A DNA stretch of 59,899 bases from Nanobdellota archaeon (GTDB taxonomy: Archaea > Nanobdellota > Nanobdellia > PEZQ01): assembly GCA_018220985.1 (NCBI GenBank), contig JAAOXS010000014.1, forward strand, positions 1 to 59,899, written 5' to 3'. The notes under the pieces were generated by a model. That model did no database searches and was not told the DNA's origin. It saw only the letters and a program-made list of their open reading frames with translations. A program made the translations under genes and the position numbers. Every line of letters starts with the position of its first letter. Position 1 is the stretch's first letter. Below, one piece after another: positions 22,752-31,813 of this stretch.

Positions 22752-22784
22752 AATATTTGATGAATTTTAATATTTGATGAATTT
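22752..22784. repeat. Direct repeat AATATTTGATGAATTT x2 (period 17) upstream of tRNA-Thr
   Basis: Exact 16-nt copies at 22752-22767 and 22769-22784. On the tRNA strand the proximal copy supplies an AAATATTA TATA-like box about 22-29 nt upstream of the 5' end. Confidence 0.6.
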
Positions 22785-22823
22785 ATTAACTTTTTCCATA
22801 ATTTAAGATTATTAAATAGTTAA

Positions 22824-23198
22824 TTATTTACGACTTAATTTTCCAACATCCAAAGCTTTACCGCAACCACCACACTTGAACTTGAACTTTTTAGCAGTCT
22901 TCGTCCTAACCCATTCTTCCTCAAACTCACCATGATGCTCACAATAAGGACAATCATACTCGCCCATACTAATCAAAATCATTTCATCAACGGGAAAATC
23001 TTTACCACACTTATCGCAAACAAAAAACTTAGCTTTCCGCTTAGGCTTGTTTAACACACCATCACCACAAGAAGGGCAGTTAGGCTTGAAAACCCACATA
23101 TGACAAAAACCACTCTGGTCATCCTCATCTTTACGGGAAAGAGGTCTTTGCGTATGATAAGCTAATTCATTAATGTTAGTTGGCTTTCTTAAACCCAT
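22824..23198 (-). CDS. Zinc-ribbon-rich small protein (four CxxC pairs)
   Basis: CPSCG, CDKCG, CPYCE, CGGCG, 124 aa. Confidence 0.5.
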   Translation of the reverse strand: MGLRKPTNINELAYHTQRPLSRKDEDDQSGFCHMWVFKPNCPSCGDGVLNKPKRKAKFFVCDKCGKDFPVDEMILISMGEYDCPYCEHHGEFEEEWVRTKTAKKFKFKCGGCGKALDVGKLSRK

Positions 23199-23250
23199 GA
23201 TAAACTAAAAACGCGAAATACTCTTTTATAAAACTTTGCTAATAAAAACC

Positions 23251-23257
23251 TTTAAAT
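23251..23257 (+). promoter_or_regulatory. TATA-like box upstream of tRNA-Leu
   Basis: AAAACCTTTAAATT, 31-37 nt upstream of the mature 5' end. Confidence 0.3.
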
Positions 23258-23287
23258 TAGTAAAAACAAAAAAAGATATGTTAAACT

Positions 23288-23428
23288 GCGGGGGTGGCTG
23301 AGTCTGGTCAAAAGCGCAGGACTTAAGACAACCTTTTTTTCGCAAGCGCAAAAAACTTGACCAAAAAAAAAGGAAGTTAGATATCCTGTGGGTTAGTCCC
23401 TGCGTGGGTTCAAATCCCTCCCCCCGCA
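23288..23428 (+). tRNA. tRNA-Leu(UAA), long variable arm, with a 55-nt intron at 37/38 (about 23328-23382)
   Basis: Acceptor GCGGGGG/CCCCCGC, anticodon stem CAGGA/TCCTG, loop CTTAAG|..|A, long variable arm, T loop TTCAAAT. The antisense track ORF 23226-23435 is spurious. Confidence 0.8.
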
Positions 23429-23453
23429 CTAACATTTTTCTTTTTAAAAAAAA

Positions 23454-24158
23454 TTAAGAAAATCTTGAAGAAATTTTCCTACACAAATTCATCATCCCTT
23501 CACCACCAAAAACACGAATATCTTTCAAAGAACCTGCAAACTCATTAATAAACAATTTATCACTATTAAACAAATCAGGTGCTGAAACGATTTCACTCAA
23601 ACCCCCAAAACCCCGATTAACAATTTTACACCTAGCAGCATTATAATGAGAAGTTACAAAAAAACGTTCATCAAAACTAACTTTATCTTTATTCAACTCT
23701 TTTATAACTTTCAGAGAATCACTCCAATACCCCCTCATTTTTTTATCCCATGTTTTATCAAAAACTTGACCCCTTCGCTGCCTTAAATTCTTCAAAGAAT
23801 CAATAGGATGATAATTTAACAATGTTTCACCATTCTCAATCAATTCAATAAGCGCGTTAAACTCGACAAAACTCATAACAGTATCAGCAGAACCAACACC
23901 GCAAACAAAATCAACACCCTTATTTTTTAAACCACCCTGATCATTCATGTAATCACGAATCCTATAAGAAACTAAATTCAATTCAGCATTACCAATAGTT
24001 CCTAGAGGAAAAACAACAACATGATTATCATCATCTAAATGTTTTTTAATAAGTTTTGAAGCAACCAATGACCTAATTAAATCTTCACCAAAATCAAATC
24101 CTTTAACAGGAGAGTATCTGTTACTTACGTGAACGCCAATACCAATATATTTATTCAT
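23454..24158 (-). CDS. Hypothetical protein (234 aa)
   Basis: ORF with a TATA-like ATTTAAAA about 26-32 nt upstream. No family recognised. Confidence 0.45.
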   Translation of the reverse strand: MNKYIGIGVHVSNRYSPVKGFDFGEDLIRSLVASKLIKKHLDDDNHVVVFPLGTIGNAELNLVSYRIRDYMNDQGGLKNKGVDFVCGVGSADTVMSFVEFNALIELIENGETLLNYHPIDSLKNLRQRRGQVFDKTWDKKMRGYWSDSLKVIKELNKDKVSFDERFFVTSHYNAARCKIVNRGFGGLSEIVSAPDLFNSDKLFINEFAGSLKDIRVFGGEGMMNLCRKISSRFS

Positions 24159-24203
24159 AAAATATTTCAGAAAAAGAACCTGTTTTAAATCTTATCATTT
24201 AAC

Positions 24204-24305
24204 AGACTTTGCACAATTAGTTGTGTGCGTATACTATAGTATTGGTTTTTCATTAAGTAGAAAACCATACATATAGTATTTATGAATTACTTTTTGTGCA
24301 AAGCT
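24204..24305. mobile_element. MITE-like element: 12-13 bp terminal inverted repeats, an 8-bp flanking direct repeat and a long internal hairpin
   Basis: Left end AGACTTTGCACAA. The reverse complement of the right end is AGCTTTGCACAA. It is flanked by CATTTAAC at 24196-24203 and 24306-24313. Apical hairpin GGTTTT-TCATTAAGTAG-AAAACC at 24244-24266, with two 34-nt arms. Confidence 0.45.
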
Positions 24306-24388
24306 CATTTAACCTTGAAAAACGAACCAAAAAAAGATCACAACTTCACAGAGTTTAAATAACATTCTTACCCAAAAAAATAGTTCCC

Positions 24389-24619
24389 ATGAATTATGTA
24401 ACTAAAACAGATAACATTAAAGAAGAAAGCTACAAATTAGTATCCATAATACCCATGTCAGGACTTGTAGGTTATAAGATAAGAAGTGATGGTAACGTAT
24501 TAGACCAAAAAGATTTTGAAAAAATTGTTAGCGATTTAGAGAATAAACTAGAAACACCTATTGAAAAAAGCATACTTCACGAAAAACTAGTTACAGCTTT
24601 TGAATCAATTAAGAACTAG
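24389..24619 (+). CDS. Hypothetical protein (76 aa)
   Basis: ORF only. Confidence 0.35.
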   Translation: MNYVTKTDNIKEESYKLVSIIPMSGLVGYKIRSDGNVLDQKDFEKIVSDLENKLETPIEKSILHEKLVTAFESIKN

Positions 24620-25101
24620 TAAAATTTCTTCACCAAACGCTCGTACAATTCGTGAGTTCTATCCCATTTCATAAGCATAGACGCAATCATTGGAAAACCA
24701 ATTGAATTAAAAGCGGCGAACAAAATTTCCATTCCAAAAACGAATTTGAAAAAAAGAAATGGAACAACAACGAAAAACAAAACAACTTTTAAAGTTCCAG
24801 AAGGCGGTTGCTCATAAATAACTCTAAACTCCATAATACGCTCTTCAAACTTATCTTTAAATGCCATCATTAAAAACACGACACCACCCTGAATAAAGAA
24901 AATCAAAGTTCCAAAAATCATTAAAGGATTAGGATTTTCAGCACTTAAAAAAAAATGAAAACCGCCAATCAAACCCAACGACACCATCGTAATTGTGTTA
25001 ATATAAACAACTTTTGCCATGAAACGCTCAGAAGGCTTTTTCTCAGAAACAACATAATAAATCTCACCTAAAAATACTGGCAAGAATAATAAAATCAGCA
25101 A
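24616..25101 (-). CDS. Integral membrane protein (about 4 TM)
   Basis: Hydrophobic segments throughout. No family recognised. Confidence 0.5.
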   Translation of the reverse strand: MLILLFLPVFLGEIYYVVSEKKPSERFMAKVVYINTITMVSLGLIGGFHFFLSAENPNPLMIFGTLIFFIQGGVVFLMMAFKDKFEERIMEFRVIYEQPPSGTLKVVLFFVVVPFLFFKFVFGMEILFAAFNSIGFPMIASMLMKWDRTHELYERLVKKFY

Positions 25102-25125
25102 AGAAATCCCTAAAGTTCCAATATT

Positions 25126-25512
25126 CTAAAAATATTCATCAAACATTAAACCATCAAAATCAACAAGAGATTTCAAAGACAGCGCTGAAAAAGAAAAAAT
25201 AAGCAAAGCAAGAACTGCAATCATAAACATCCCATCCTGAGACACGGCAGGGAAAAAAATGTTCACTAAAAAATTAAGAAACGAATTCACAAAATCAGAC
25301 CAGAACTTCTTACACAAACCAGCAAAACCCAAAGATAATAACACGAAAACCGCGAAGAAAAAAAGTGAAAAAACATTCTCACCACTAAAAAAAGAACTAA
25401 CACCAAAAAACAAGAAACCAGCAAGCAACACCAAATAAAAAAAACCAACAAAACCCAAACCTAACCAACGCGTGCTCGAAACTTTTTCATCCTCACTTAA
25501 AACCATACACAT
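25126..25512 (-). CDS. Integral membrane protein (about 4 TM)
   Basis: Hydrophobic, Phe-rich segments. No family recognised. Confidence 0.45.
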   Translation of the reverse strand: MCMVLSEDEKVSSTRWLGLGFVGFFYLVLLAGFLFFGVSSFFSGENVFSLFFFAVFVLLSLGFAGLCKKFWSDFVNSFLNFLVNIFFPAVSQDGMFMIAVLALLIFSFSALSLKSLVDFDGLMFDEYF

Positions 25513-25614
25513 AAACTAATAATTAATAGAATAAATCATTTACTCCACAAAACACTAACTTCACATTAAAAATATGAATATGTTTAAAAACTAATCAAAT
25601 TTCCCTTTTATATT

Positions 25615-26337
25615 ATGTTATTAGAGGATTTAGCTTGTAAAACAAAAGAAATGGTTAATAATATTGATAAATTTATAGGAATTAAAACAACTTTAAAGAA
25701 TTCAATACCAATCAAATATACTAATATTAGTTACCAAAATATTGGTTACTTTTTAAAAGAACCGAACAATTTTTTCGCAATAATAAGAAATACGTCAGCA
25801 ATTTATACTGGAAAAAAACACAACAAACCAGGATATATCACATTTTACATTTTACCAGAATCAAAAGAATTTAGAGAATCCAGTTTATTCCATGAAGTTG
25901 CGCATTTTGTCCATGATTCGCACAGTGCTCCATTTATGCCGAAAACGTTTGAAGAATTAACTTGGAAAAGTATTCTAATGGAAGGTTTTGCAACTTGGAT
26001 AACAGATCAATGTTACACTAAAATAAACAGGAAAAAAACAACACATATCAATTCAAAAAATCCATTTAAGATTCCAAATATTTTTATAGATAATTTATAC
26101 AGTTTAGGAAATCAATTATTTGAAAAAGTACATGAAAAAAAAGACATTGATCAAATTAAGAAGATTATACTAAATGAGCCTGAAAATCCTATTTTTGATA
26201 CAACACCTTTAGAAAAGATTTTCAACACTAAAAACATTCTTCTAAAAAGTGGAAAAATAGCAAATTATGTAAGATGTTTGAATAATACACTCATTCAAGA
26301 ATCAGACAACCTAGCGGAATATCTCATTAACCAATAA
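25615..26337 (+). CDS. Putative zinc metallopeptidase-like protein (HExxH)
   Basis: HEVAH motif followed about 25 aa later by MEGFATW, which may supply a third-ligand Glu. Confidence 0.45.
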   Translation: MLLEDLACKTKEMVNNIDKFIGIKTTLKNSIPIKYTNISYQNIGYFLKEPNNFFAIIRNTSAIYTGKKHNKPGYITFYILPESKEFRESSLFHEVAHFVHDSHSAPFMPKTFEELTWKSILMEGFATWITDQCYTKINRKKTTHINSKNPFKIPNIFIDNLYSLGNQLFEKVHEKKDIDQIKKIILNEPENPIFDTTPLEKIFNTKNILLKSGKIANYVRCLNNTLIQESDNLAEYLINQ

Positions 26338-26369
26338 AGTATTTAACAAAACTTCAAAAAAACCAAAAC

Positions 26370-26378
26370 CTTAAAAAA
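26370..26378 (+). promoter_or_regulatory. TATA-like box upstream of tRNA-Glu
   Basis: CTTAAAAAA, 26-34 nt upstream of the mature 5' end. Confidence 0.3.
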
Positions 26379-26403
26379 GACAAAAAAAGACATTACACTT
26401 CAG

Positions 26404-26478
26404 GCCCTTGTAGTCTAGCACGGTCAAGGATTCTGGCCTTTCAAGCCAGGGACCCGGGTTCAAATCCCGGCGAGGGCA
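26404..26478 (+). tRNA. tRNA-Glu(UUC)
   Basis: Acceptor GCCCTTG/CGAGGGC, anticodon arm CTGGC-CTTTCAA-GCCAG, T arm CCGGG-TTCAAAT-CCCGG. No intron. Confidence 0.9.
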
Positions 26479-26529
26479 CTATCATAACCTTTTCTTGAAA
26501 AGAAAAGCTTGAGTAAAAGAATGTTAATA

Positions 26530-26537
26530 TTTTTTTT
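26530..26537 (+). terminator. T8 tract ending the tRNA-Glu transcription unit
   Basis: Oligo-T lies 52-59 nt after the tRNA 3' end and is preceded by the hairpin CTTTTCTT-G-AAAAGAAAAG. Confidence 0.4.
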
Positions 26538-26577
26538 AATAAAACTTTCTTTTTTTAGAAAATATTTTTAAGATTTT

Positions 26578-27678
26578 CTAAATCAAAACACTAATTTGCC
26601 AAGCCATACCAGCAATTAAAATAATCATCATTAAATAAGGCAAAAAGTCAGACCCTCCAACAACAAACTCTGGCTTCCTATTACTCTTTTCACGCGATTT
26701 AATAACCATCAAACAAATCATACAACCAATCACGCCACCTGAAAAAGAGCCTATAACACTAAGAATTCCAATAAAACCTGGCTGCAACACCAACCATGCA
26801 AACAAAGGAACAGCAAGTGTTAAAAACCAAGGAACACGCTTCTTAAACTTCATATCCAACATAAACATGTCCTTCATAACAACGCCAATCGCTAGGAAAG
26901 ACGTGACGAACAAAAGCAAAGTCATGAACGCACCGATAAACAATAAACCACCAGTAAGAGATTGCGTGGCAACACTATCAACACTTGAACCGAACACGCC
27001 GACAAAAGAATACGAAAACAAAACATAAAGAAAAATAATAACGCCATAAGAAAACATTATTATCTTAGCCAAATTCTTCTTATCATCATTCATCTCACGA
27101 GCTACTTCTGGAATAATTGTAAAACCCATAAAACCAAAAAGAATAACACCATAACCCACGAAAGGCGTGCTCGAAATAATTGAAAAATTCTCAAACCGTG
27201 AATTAGGAACTATAAACATACATAATAATAAAATAACGCCCACAAGCAATAAAGATAGAAAACTTTCTGCACGCGCGATAACGTGCAACCTGAACAAAAG
27301 TAAAATAAACATTGCACCAATAACCAAATAAGAAATTAAATGCCCGTAAAAACCAAAAACATTTACTAAAACACTATTAATCCCCACTAAATAAGCAGTT
27401 AACGCACCGTACTGGCTTAATATAAAAGCCCAAAACATTAACCGTTTAGCATTAACTCCAAGATAACGTTTTGCAAGAACAACTAATTGATGATTCCCTT
27501 TAGTTCTAAGAACAACTTCGCCCACAAACAAGTTAAGAACAGTAATCATCAAACCGAGAAACACAATTTGAAACACACCATTCCAAAAACCTGCCTGAGA
27601 AATCACAAAAGGCAAACCCAACATGCCCGCGCCAACAACAAGAGCAATAATGGTGCCTGCAGAAATCATTCCACTCAT
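26578..27678 (-). CDS. Amino acid permease (Trp/Tyr permease / Aa_trans-like)
   Basis: 366 aa, about 10-11 TM. N-terminal sequence ..GAGMLGLPFVISQAGF.. is typical of this transporter family. Confidence 0.65.
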   Translation of the reverse strand: MSGMISAGTIIALVVGAGMLGLPFVISQAGFWNGVFQIVFLGLMITVLNLFVGEVVLRTKGNHQLVVLAKRYLGVNAKRLMFWAFILSQYGALTAYLVGINSVLVNVFGFYGHLISYLVIGAMFILLLFRLHVIARAESFLSLLLVGVILLLCMFIVPNSRFENFSIISSTPFVGYGVILFGFMGFTIIPEVAREMNDDKKNLAKIIMFSYGVIIFLYVLFSYSFVGVFGSSVDSVATQSLTGGLLFIGAFMTLLLFVTSFLAIGVVMKDMFMLDMKFKKRVPWFLTLAVPLFAWLVLQPGFIGILSVIGSFSGGVIGCMICLMVIKSREKSNRKPEFVVGGSDFLPYLMMIILIAGMAWQISVLI

Positions 27679-27717
27679 AAAACTTAATAATTAAAACACT
27701 AAAATAAAAGTGTTATT

Positions 27718-27733
27718 AAAAAAGGAAAAAAAA
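27718..27733 (-). terminator. T8-CC-T6 tract after the last gene of the surface-protein cluster
   Basis: Starts 2 nt after the stop of 27736-27960 on the coding strand. Confidence 0.4.
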
Positions 27734-27735
27734 TT

Positions 27736-27960
27736 TTACTTTCTTTTTCTTCGCTTCTTCTTACCTTTCAACAATTTCAAATCATCCTCTAATTCATCTT
27801 CAATTCCGCGCAACCGCTTAGTTAAATCAACAAGGGTTTTAACAGATTTCTTTAATTGTCTGAATTCAAATTCGAGAATTATTAAGTAAACAACAACTAC
27901 AATAGATAAAATCGTTAACAATTCAAGAAGGGGAACGTCAATGCCGAAAATGTAAACCAT
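27736..27960 (-). CDS. Small membrane-anchored coiled-coil protein with a poly-basic tail
   Basis: 74 aa with an N-terminal TM (LLELLTILSIVVVVYLIIL), a charged helix and a C-terminal KGKKKRRKRK. It starts 1 nt after the stop of the upstream giant gene. Confidence 0.55.
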   Translation of the reverse strand: MVYIFGIDVPLLELLTILSIVVVVYLIILEFEFRQLKKSVKTLVDLTKRLRGIEDELEDDLKLLKGKKKRRKRK

Positions 27961-27961
27961 C

Positions 27962-30900
27962 CTACTTTAATTTACCTCTCCTAATTACGTAATAAATCAT
28001 TAAACCGCCTAATAAAACTATGAAAATTAAAGTAACATTGCGAGACACGATTGGTTCAACACCTGCAACGCTAAAACCCGTTTTTCCAACACTAATAACT
28101 GACCCAATACCCCCCCTAAAACGAGCTCCTGCAACGTAAGCACCAGTAGGCATGAATGTTGAAATCTGAAATGTGTCTTCAATCTCAGTTGTTTCAGCAG
28201 GGTTTAAAGCTCTTAAATCAAGAATGTTTGAATGCACTAAATCCATTCCTTCAGAGTAAACTTCTGTTTCAATAAAAGGATGTTTAACATCTTCAGCGCC
28301 GTTAATCACTGTAATAGTCAACATAACTTCATCATTGGATGCGTATTCACCTTTATCCGTTTTAATAATGACCAATGGGTAACTCTCCTTAAACAGTACT
28401 CCAACTTCTTTCAACGAATTAGCAGGAAATTCAGGAATTAAAACTGACAATGTTTTACCTGAAAAATCTAATATTTCCCCAAATTCATTAGTTACTGAAA
28501 TAACTTGACTTGACTTAATAGGTAAATTAAAACGTACATTTTCATAATCTTCTTCAGCGAAGTTTCTTAAAGAAACTTTAACTTTTAATTCAATAAGATT
28601 ATCCGAAATTTTTTCTAAAACCTCAACATCCCTTCCAGTTTCCAAAACGGGAGGGGTAAAAACTTTAAGCGTGTAAACACGAGATTCTTGAGCACCTATT
28701 CTTGAAGACCATACAAGAGTTTTACCAATAATTTCAGCATTCTCAACTATTTCCTCACCAAAATCATTAACGTAAGTAACACGATAATTTAGAGCATCAT
28801 TAAATATTTCTGTTTCAAAAATTGGCTCAACAGGTGCGAGATTAGGATTGTAAACTTCAAAATTCTTAAACCATTCAACAGGCTTACCTACCGTAACAAA
28901 TTGTGAAACTTGAAATTCTGAATCCGTAATAACAGGTTCAAGAAGTGGCGGTGACAACGTAATTTTAATAAAACCAAACGCGTTTGAACCAAAACTTTCA
29001 CCAGTTTTAGGATCAAAACCAGCTAATTGCATAGGCATCACGTAATCTCCCTCACTGTTTATACGAACTTGGTAAGAAATATTAAACTGGTCACCATCAT
29101 ACATGACACCATCCCATGTTCCACCTTCATACGTGTACTCATAACCAGTAACTTGAATTCCATCACTAAGCGTAATTGAACCATTATTGTAAGCTAAGAA
29201 TTCAGTTCCATTTGACCAAATGCTCCAGCCAGAACCACTCTCATCATTAAAACTAACAGTAACATTTGTGAAATTAAAATCCGTTCCTGCAGGAATAAAA
29301 TCAATCCACTTAATACCTGAAATCCCCCCTTGCGCAGCACTTTTATCAATAACTGAAATGTTTATTGTAACATTAACTAATGTTTCATCACTTGAGTCAT
29401 CAATCCAAACTTGCTTGTAAGCAAGTAAACGTTTTTCACTTGCAGTAACAGTTTGATTAGGTTGAGCTTCAGTTATTGGCGTGCCACCAGTTGTAATAAA
29501 TTTTGTTTGACCCCAAAAAGTAAAGTTTTCACCAGTTAAAATATTATTAGAACTTAAAACCTGAAAAGTAACATTAATAAAATCCTCCCCGCCATTTGAC
29601 AAATTAGAACCCAAATTATCACCACTAAAGTCAATGCAATTAACCCGAGATAAATCATGAATTGTAACATTAAGAACGCCGAACGTGCCTGATGAAGGAT
29701 CAGTTATTGAAATATTAATAACCCCTGTTTCATTAGTAGAATTTAACAATAAATCATGCGTACTATTATGATAATAAATTTTGATATCATAAGAATTATT
29801 AATATCAAACAATCTTTCATTACTACCCACATCATCCTCATAAGGTACTTTTGAAAGCAATTCTATCTCACCAACATCAAGAGAATCATCACCATTATGT
29901 GTTGCCTTATCCGTAATAAGTAAAGCATTATTCGCAGTTTCAGGTAAAAGAACACCTGAAGGCGCTGGTTTTTCAGGAGTTATATCAATCTCGTAAAGAG
30001 TTGGAAAAACAAGTGTCGTGTTTATTTCACCATAATACACGGGCGATGCCCAATCGACTTGCCAATCAAAAGCAACAGAAAAATAAGGTTTACCACTTGA
30101 AGTGGCTGTATTAAACCAATCAGTATAAATTCGCGAATCACTAGGCTCTAAACTACTATTCCAATCACCAGAACTCGTGTAAGTAAGATTATAATCATCA
30201 AATGGCGCGCCATTTGAAGCGTTAATTTCGTAAATTGTCCAATTAGTCACATTATAAATTAAATCATTAGAACCCGTATCAGCAGCGTTTTCGACAAAGC
30301 CTCTAATCTGCCAATTTCCAGTAGAAGGATTTGGCGCAAAATCCACTCCTTGAAGAACAGGACCTCTCGTGAATAAATTAGCAATAGAGTTACTTGTTAA
30401 AACTTGGGTTGTAATGTTCCAACTCGTTCGCGCTCCAAGAGATGTTCCACCATCCAAACCATTAAGATTATTTGAAGTTGTAGTATAATGAAAATTTCCT
30501 TGAACGTCCGCGTCAAAATCTATTGCAAGCTCGGAACCTGCATTAATATTACCAACCCAAATTAATGTATCATTATCACCATCAGCGTCAGAATCACTTA
30601 CTGCAATTGAGGTTTGAGAAGTACCAGTACCATAACTACTTAATCCCGTTGTTAAAATATTAACAGCATCCTGCGCAGCTGTTTTTGCAAATGAAATTCT
30701 AACATAAACATCATCCCCATCCAAATTCTTATCAGCACTGGGATTAGTTATGTTGATTATAAAATCAAAAGTATTATTAATACCACCACTTCCAACATTA
30801 TCTTCAGAATACATGTTAGAACCTCCTTGTTGATTATTATACGTCCAAAAGTGCAGTGCTAAAGACGGCGCCGCTGTAATGTTACTAATATTATAAGCAT

Positions 30901-31255
30901 TATCCCAATTAGTATCATCACCATCATCAGTAGCATTGACTTTAATACGTGTTTTATCCCCCGCACCAGGTGATGCAGCAACATTACGAACAGAGGTATT
31001 CGTATTAATATCTGTTTCATCAAGGGCATCAGAAAGATTAATCCTAATGTATTGTAAAACGTCAACAGTATTAGGAACAACTACATCAACATAACCTTGC
31101 CAATCAATATCCACTGAAATAGTCCCATCTACATTATAGCTTCCAGTAACTGTTTCAGTAAGGTAAGGCGTAGGACTAGTAGCGAAAACAGGTGTTTCAA
31201 ATAATGAGCAAACTAACAGGAAAAATAACAATAAATATGCTTTATTTTTAATCAT
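27962..31255 (-). CDS. Giant surface protein P1 (1097 aa): signal peptide, C-terminal TM anchor
   Basis: Signal peptide MIKNKAYLLLFFLLVCSLFETPVFA and C-terminal TM LIFIVLLGGLMIYYVI + RRGKLK. Many N-x-S/T sequons. Paralogous to 31806-34994 (shared DVLQYIRINLS, F[ST]RGP, PVEW[FY].N..VYNPN). Confidence 0.7.
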   Translation of the reverse strand: MIKNKAYLLLFFLLVCSLFETPVFATSPTPYLTETVTGSYNVDGTISVDIDWQGYVDVVVPNTVDVLQYIRINLSDALDETDINTNTSVRNVAASPGAGDKTRIKVNATDDGDDTNWDNAYNISNITAAPSLALHFWTYNNQQGGSNMYSEDNVGSGGINNTFDFIINITNPSADKNLDGDDVYVRISFAKTAAQDAVNILTTGLSSYGTGTSQTSIAVSDSDADGDNDTLIWVGNINAGSELAIDFDADVQGNFHYTTTSNNLNGLDGGTSLGARTSWNITTQVLTSNSIANLFTRGPVLQGVDFAPNPSTGNWQIRGFVENAADTGSNDLIYNVTNWTIYEINASNGAPFDDYNLTYTSSGDWNSSLEPSDSRIYTDWFNTATSSGKPYFSVAFDWQVDWASPVYYGEINTTLVFPTLYEIDITPEKPAPSGVLLPETANNALLITDKATHNGDDSLDVGEIELLSKVPYEDDVGSNERLFDINNSYDIKIYYHNSTHDLLLNSTNETGVINISITDPSSGTFGVLNVTIHDLSRVNCIDFSGDNLGSNLSNGGEDFINVTFQVLSSNNILTGENFTFWGQTKFITTGGTPITEAQPNQTVTASEKRLLAYKQVWIDDSSDETLVNVTINISVIDKSAAQGGISGIKWIDFIPAGTDFNFTNVTVSFNDESGSGWSIWSNGTEFLAYNNGSITLSDGIQVTGYEYTYEGGTWDGVMYDGDQFNISYQVRINSEGDYVMPMQLAGFDPKTGESFGSNAFGFIKITLSPPLLEPVITDSEFQVSQFVTVGKPVEWFKNFEVYNPNLAPVEPIFETEIFNDALNYRVTYVNDFGEEIVENAEIIGKTLVWSSRIGAQESRVYTLKVFTPPVLETGRDVEVLEKISDNLIELKVKVSLRNFAEEDYENVRFNLPIKSSQVISVTNEFGEILDFSGKTLSVLIPEFPANSLKEVGVLFKESYPLVIIKTDKGEYASNDEVMLTITVINGAEDVKHPFIETEVYSEGMDLVHSNILDLRALNPAETTEIEDTFQISTFMPTGAYVAGARFRGGIGSVISVGKTGFSVAGVEPIVSRNVTLIFIVLLGGLMIYYVIRRGKLK

Positions 31256-31312
31256 ACTCCCTCAATGATTTATTACAAATTGTTTTATTAAATAGTTTAT
31301 TGTTGAAGTAGT

Positions 31313-31813
31313 TTAAAGAACACGTTCTTTTTCACGGTCCAATCTTTTCCTAATCTTCCTAAGCTGTTGTTCTTGCATTAAAGTTTCTTTAATAACAAGA
31401 GATAACTGATCTAAAAACACACGCGTTTTTTCCTCTTTCTTCTCAAAACTCGCTTTTTCCCTGCGAAGAAAGCTTATTTCCTTCTTAACTTTAGGTAATT
31501 GTTTCTTCTTTTTTTCCAAATCCCGAATCCAATTATCTATTTTCTTTTTCTCTTCAAGCTTTTTCTTTATATTACGCTCATTAACATCAACATTCCTGCT
31601 AAGACGTTCTTTAAGTTCTGTTAAATTCTTTTTTTTAGCTTTTAATTTTACAACACGAGTTTTAACAGTTTCGTAAACTTTCTCCTGCTCGATTCGAGAT
31701 AAATCAATATCCCCCAGCAAACGATTCCTAGTTTCGAATAATTGCTTATCAACATTAGAAATAGATTTTTTTAAAGAATCAATATTATCAAAAATTTTTT
31801 TCTTACTATACAT
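31313..31813 (-). CDS. Basic coiled-coil protein (166 aa, no TM)
   Basis: K/E/R-rich heptad-like sequence. Its start overlaps the upstream giant gene by 8 nt and is preceded by a G7 tract. Confidence 0.6.
   Translation of the reverse strand: MYSKKKIFDNIDSLKKSISNVDKQLFETRNRLLGDIDLSRIEQEKVYETVKTRVVKLKAKKKNLTELKERLSRNVDVNERNIKKKLEEKKKIDNWIRDLEKKKKQLPKVKKEISFLRREKASFEKKEEKTRVFLDQLSLVIKETLMQEQQLRKIRKRLDREKERVL

Noticed and set aside
23226-23435. 69-aa ORF antisense to tRNA-Leu
   Set aside because: It exactly covers the intron-containing tRNA-Leu gene on the other strand. The GC-rich tRNA simply removes stops.
19780-26478. Cluster of four tRNA genes with hypothetical genes between them, considered as a possible integrated element or genomic island
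   Set aside because: I could find no integrase, no duplicated tRNA 3' fragment (att-like repeat) and no compositional break. The intervening genes look like ordinary small DPANN membrane or hypothetical genes.
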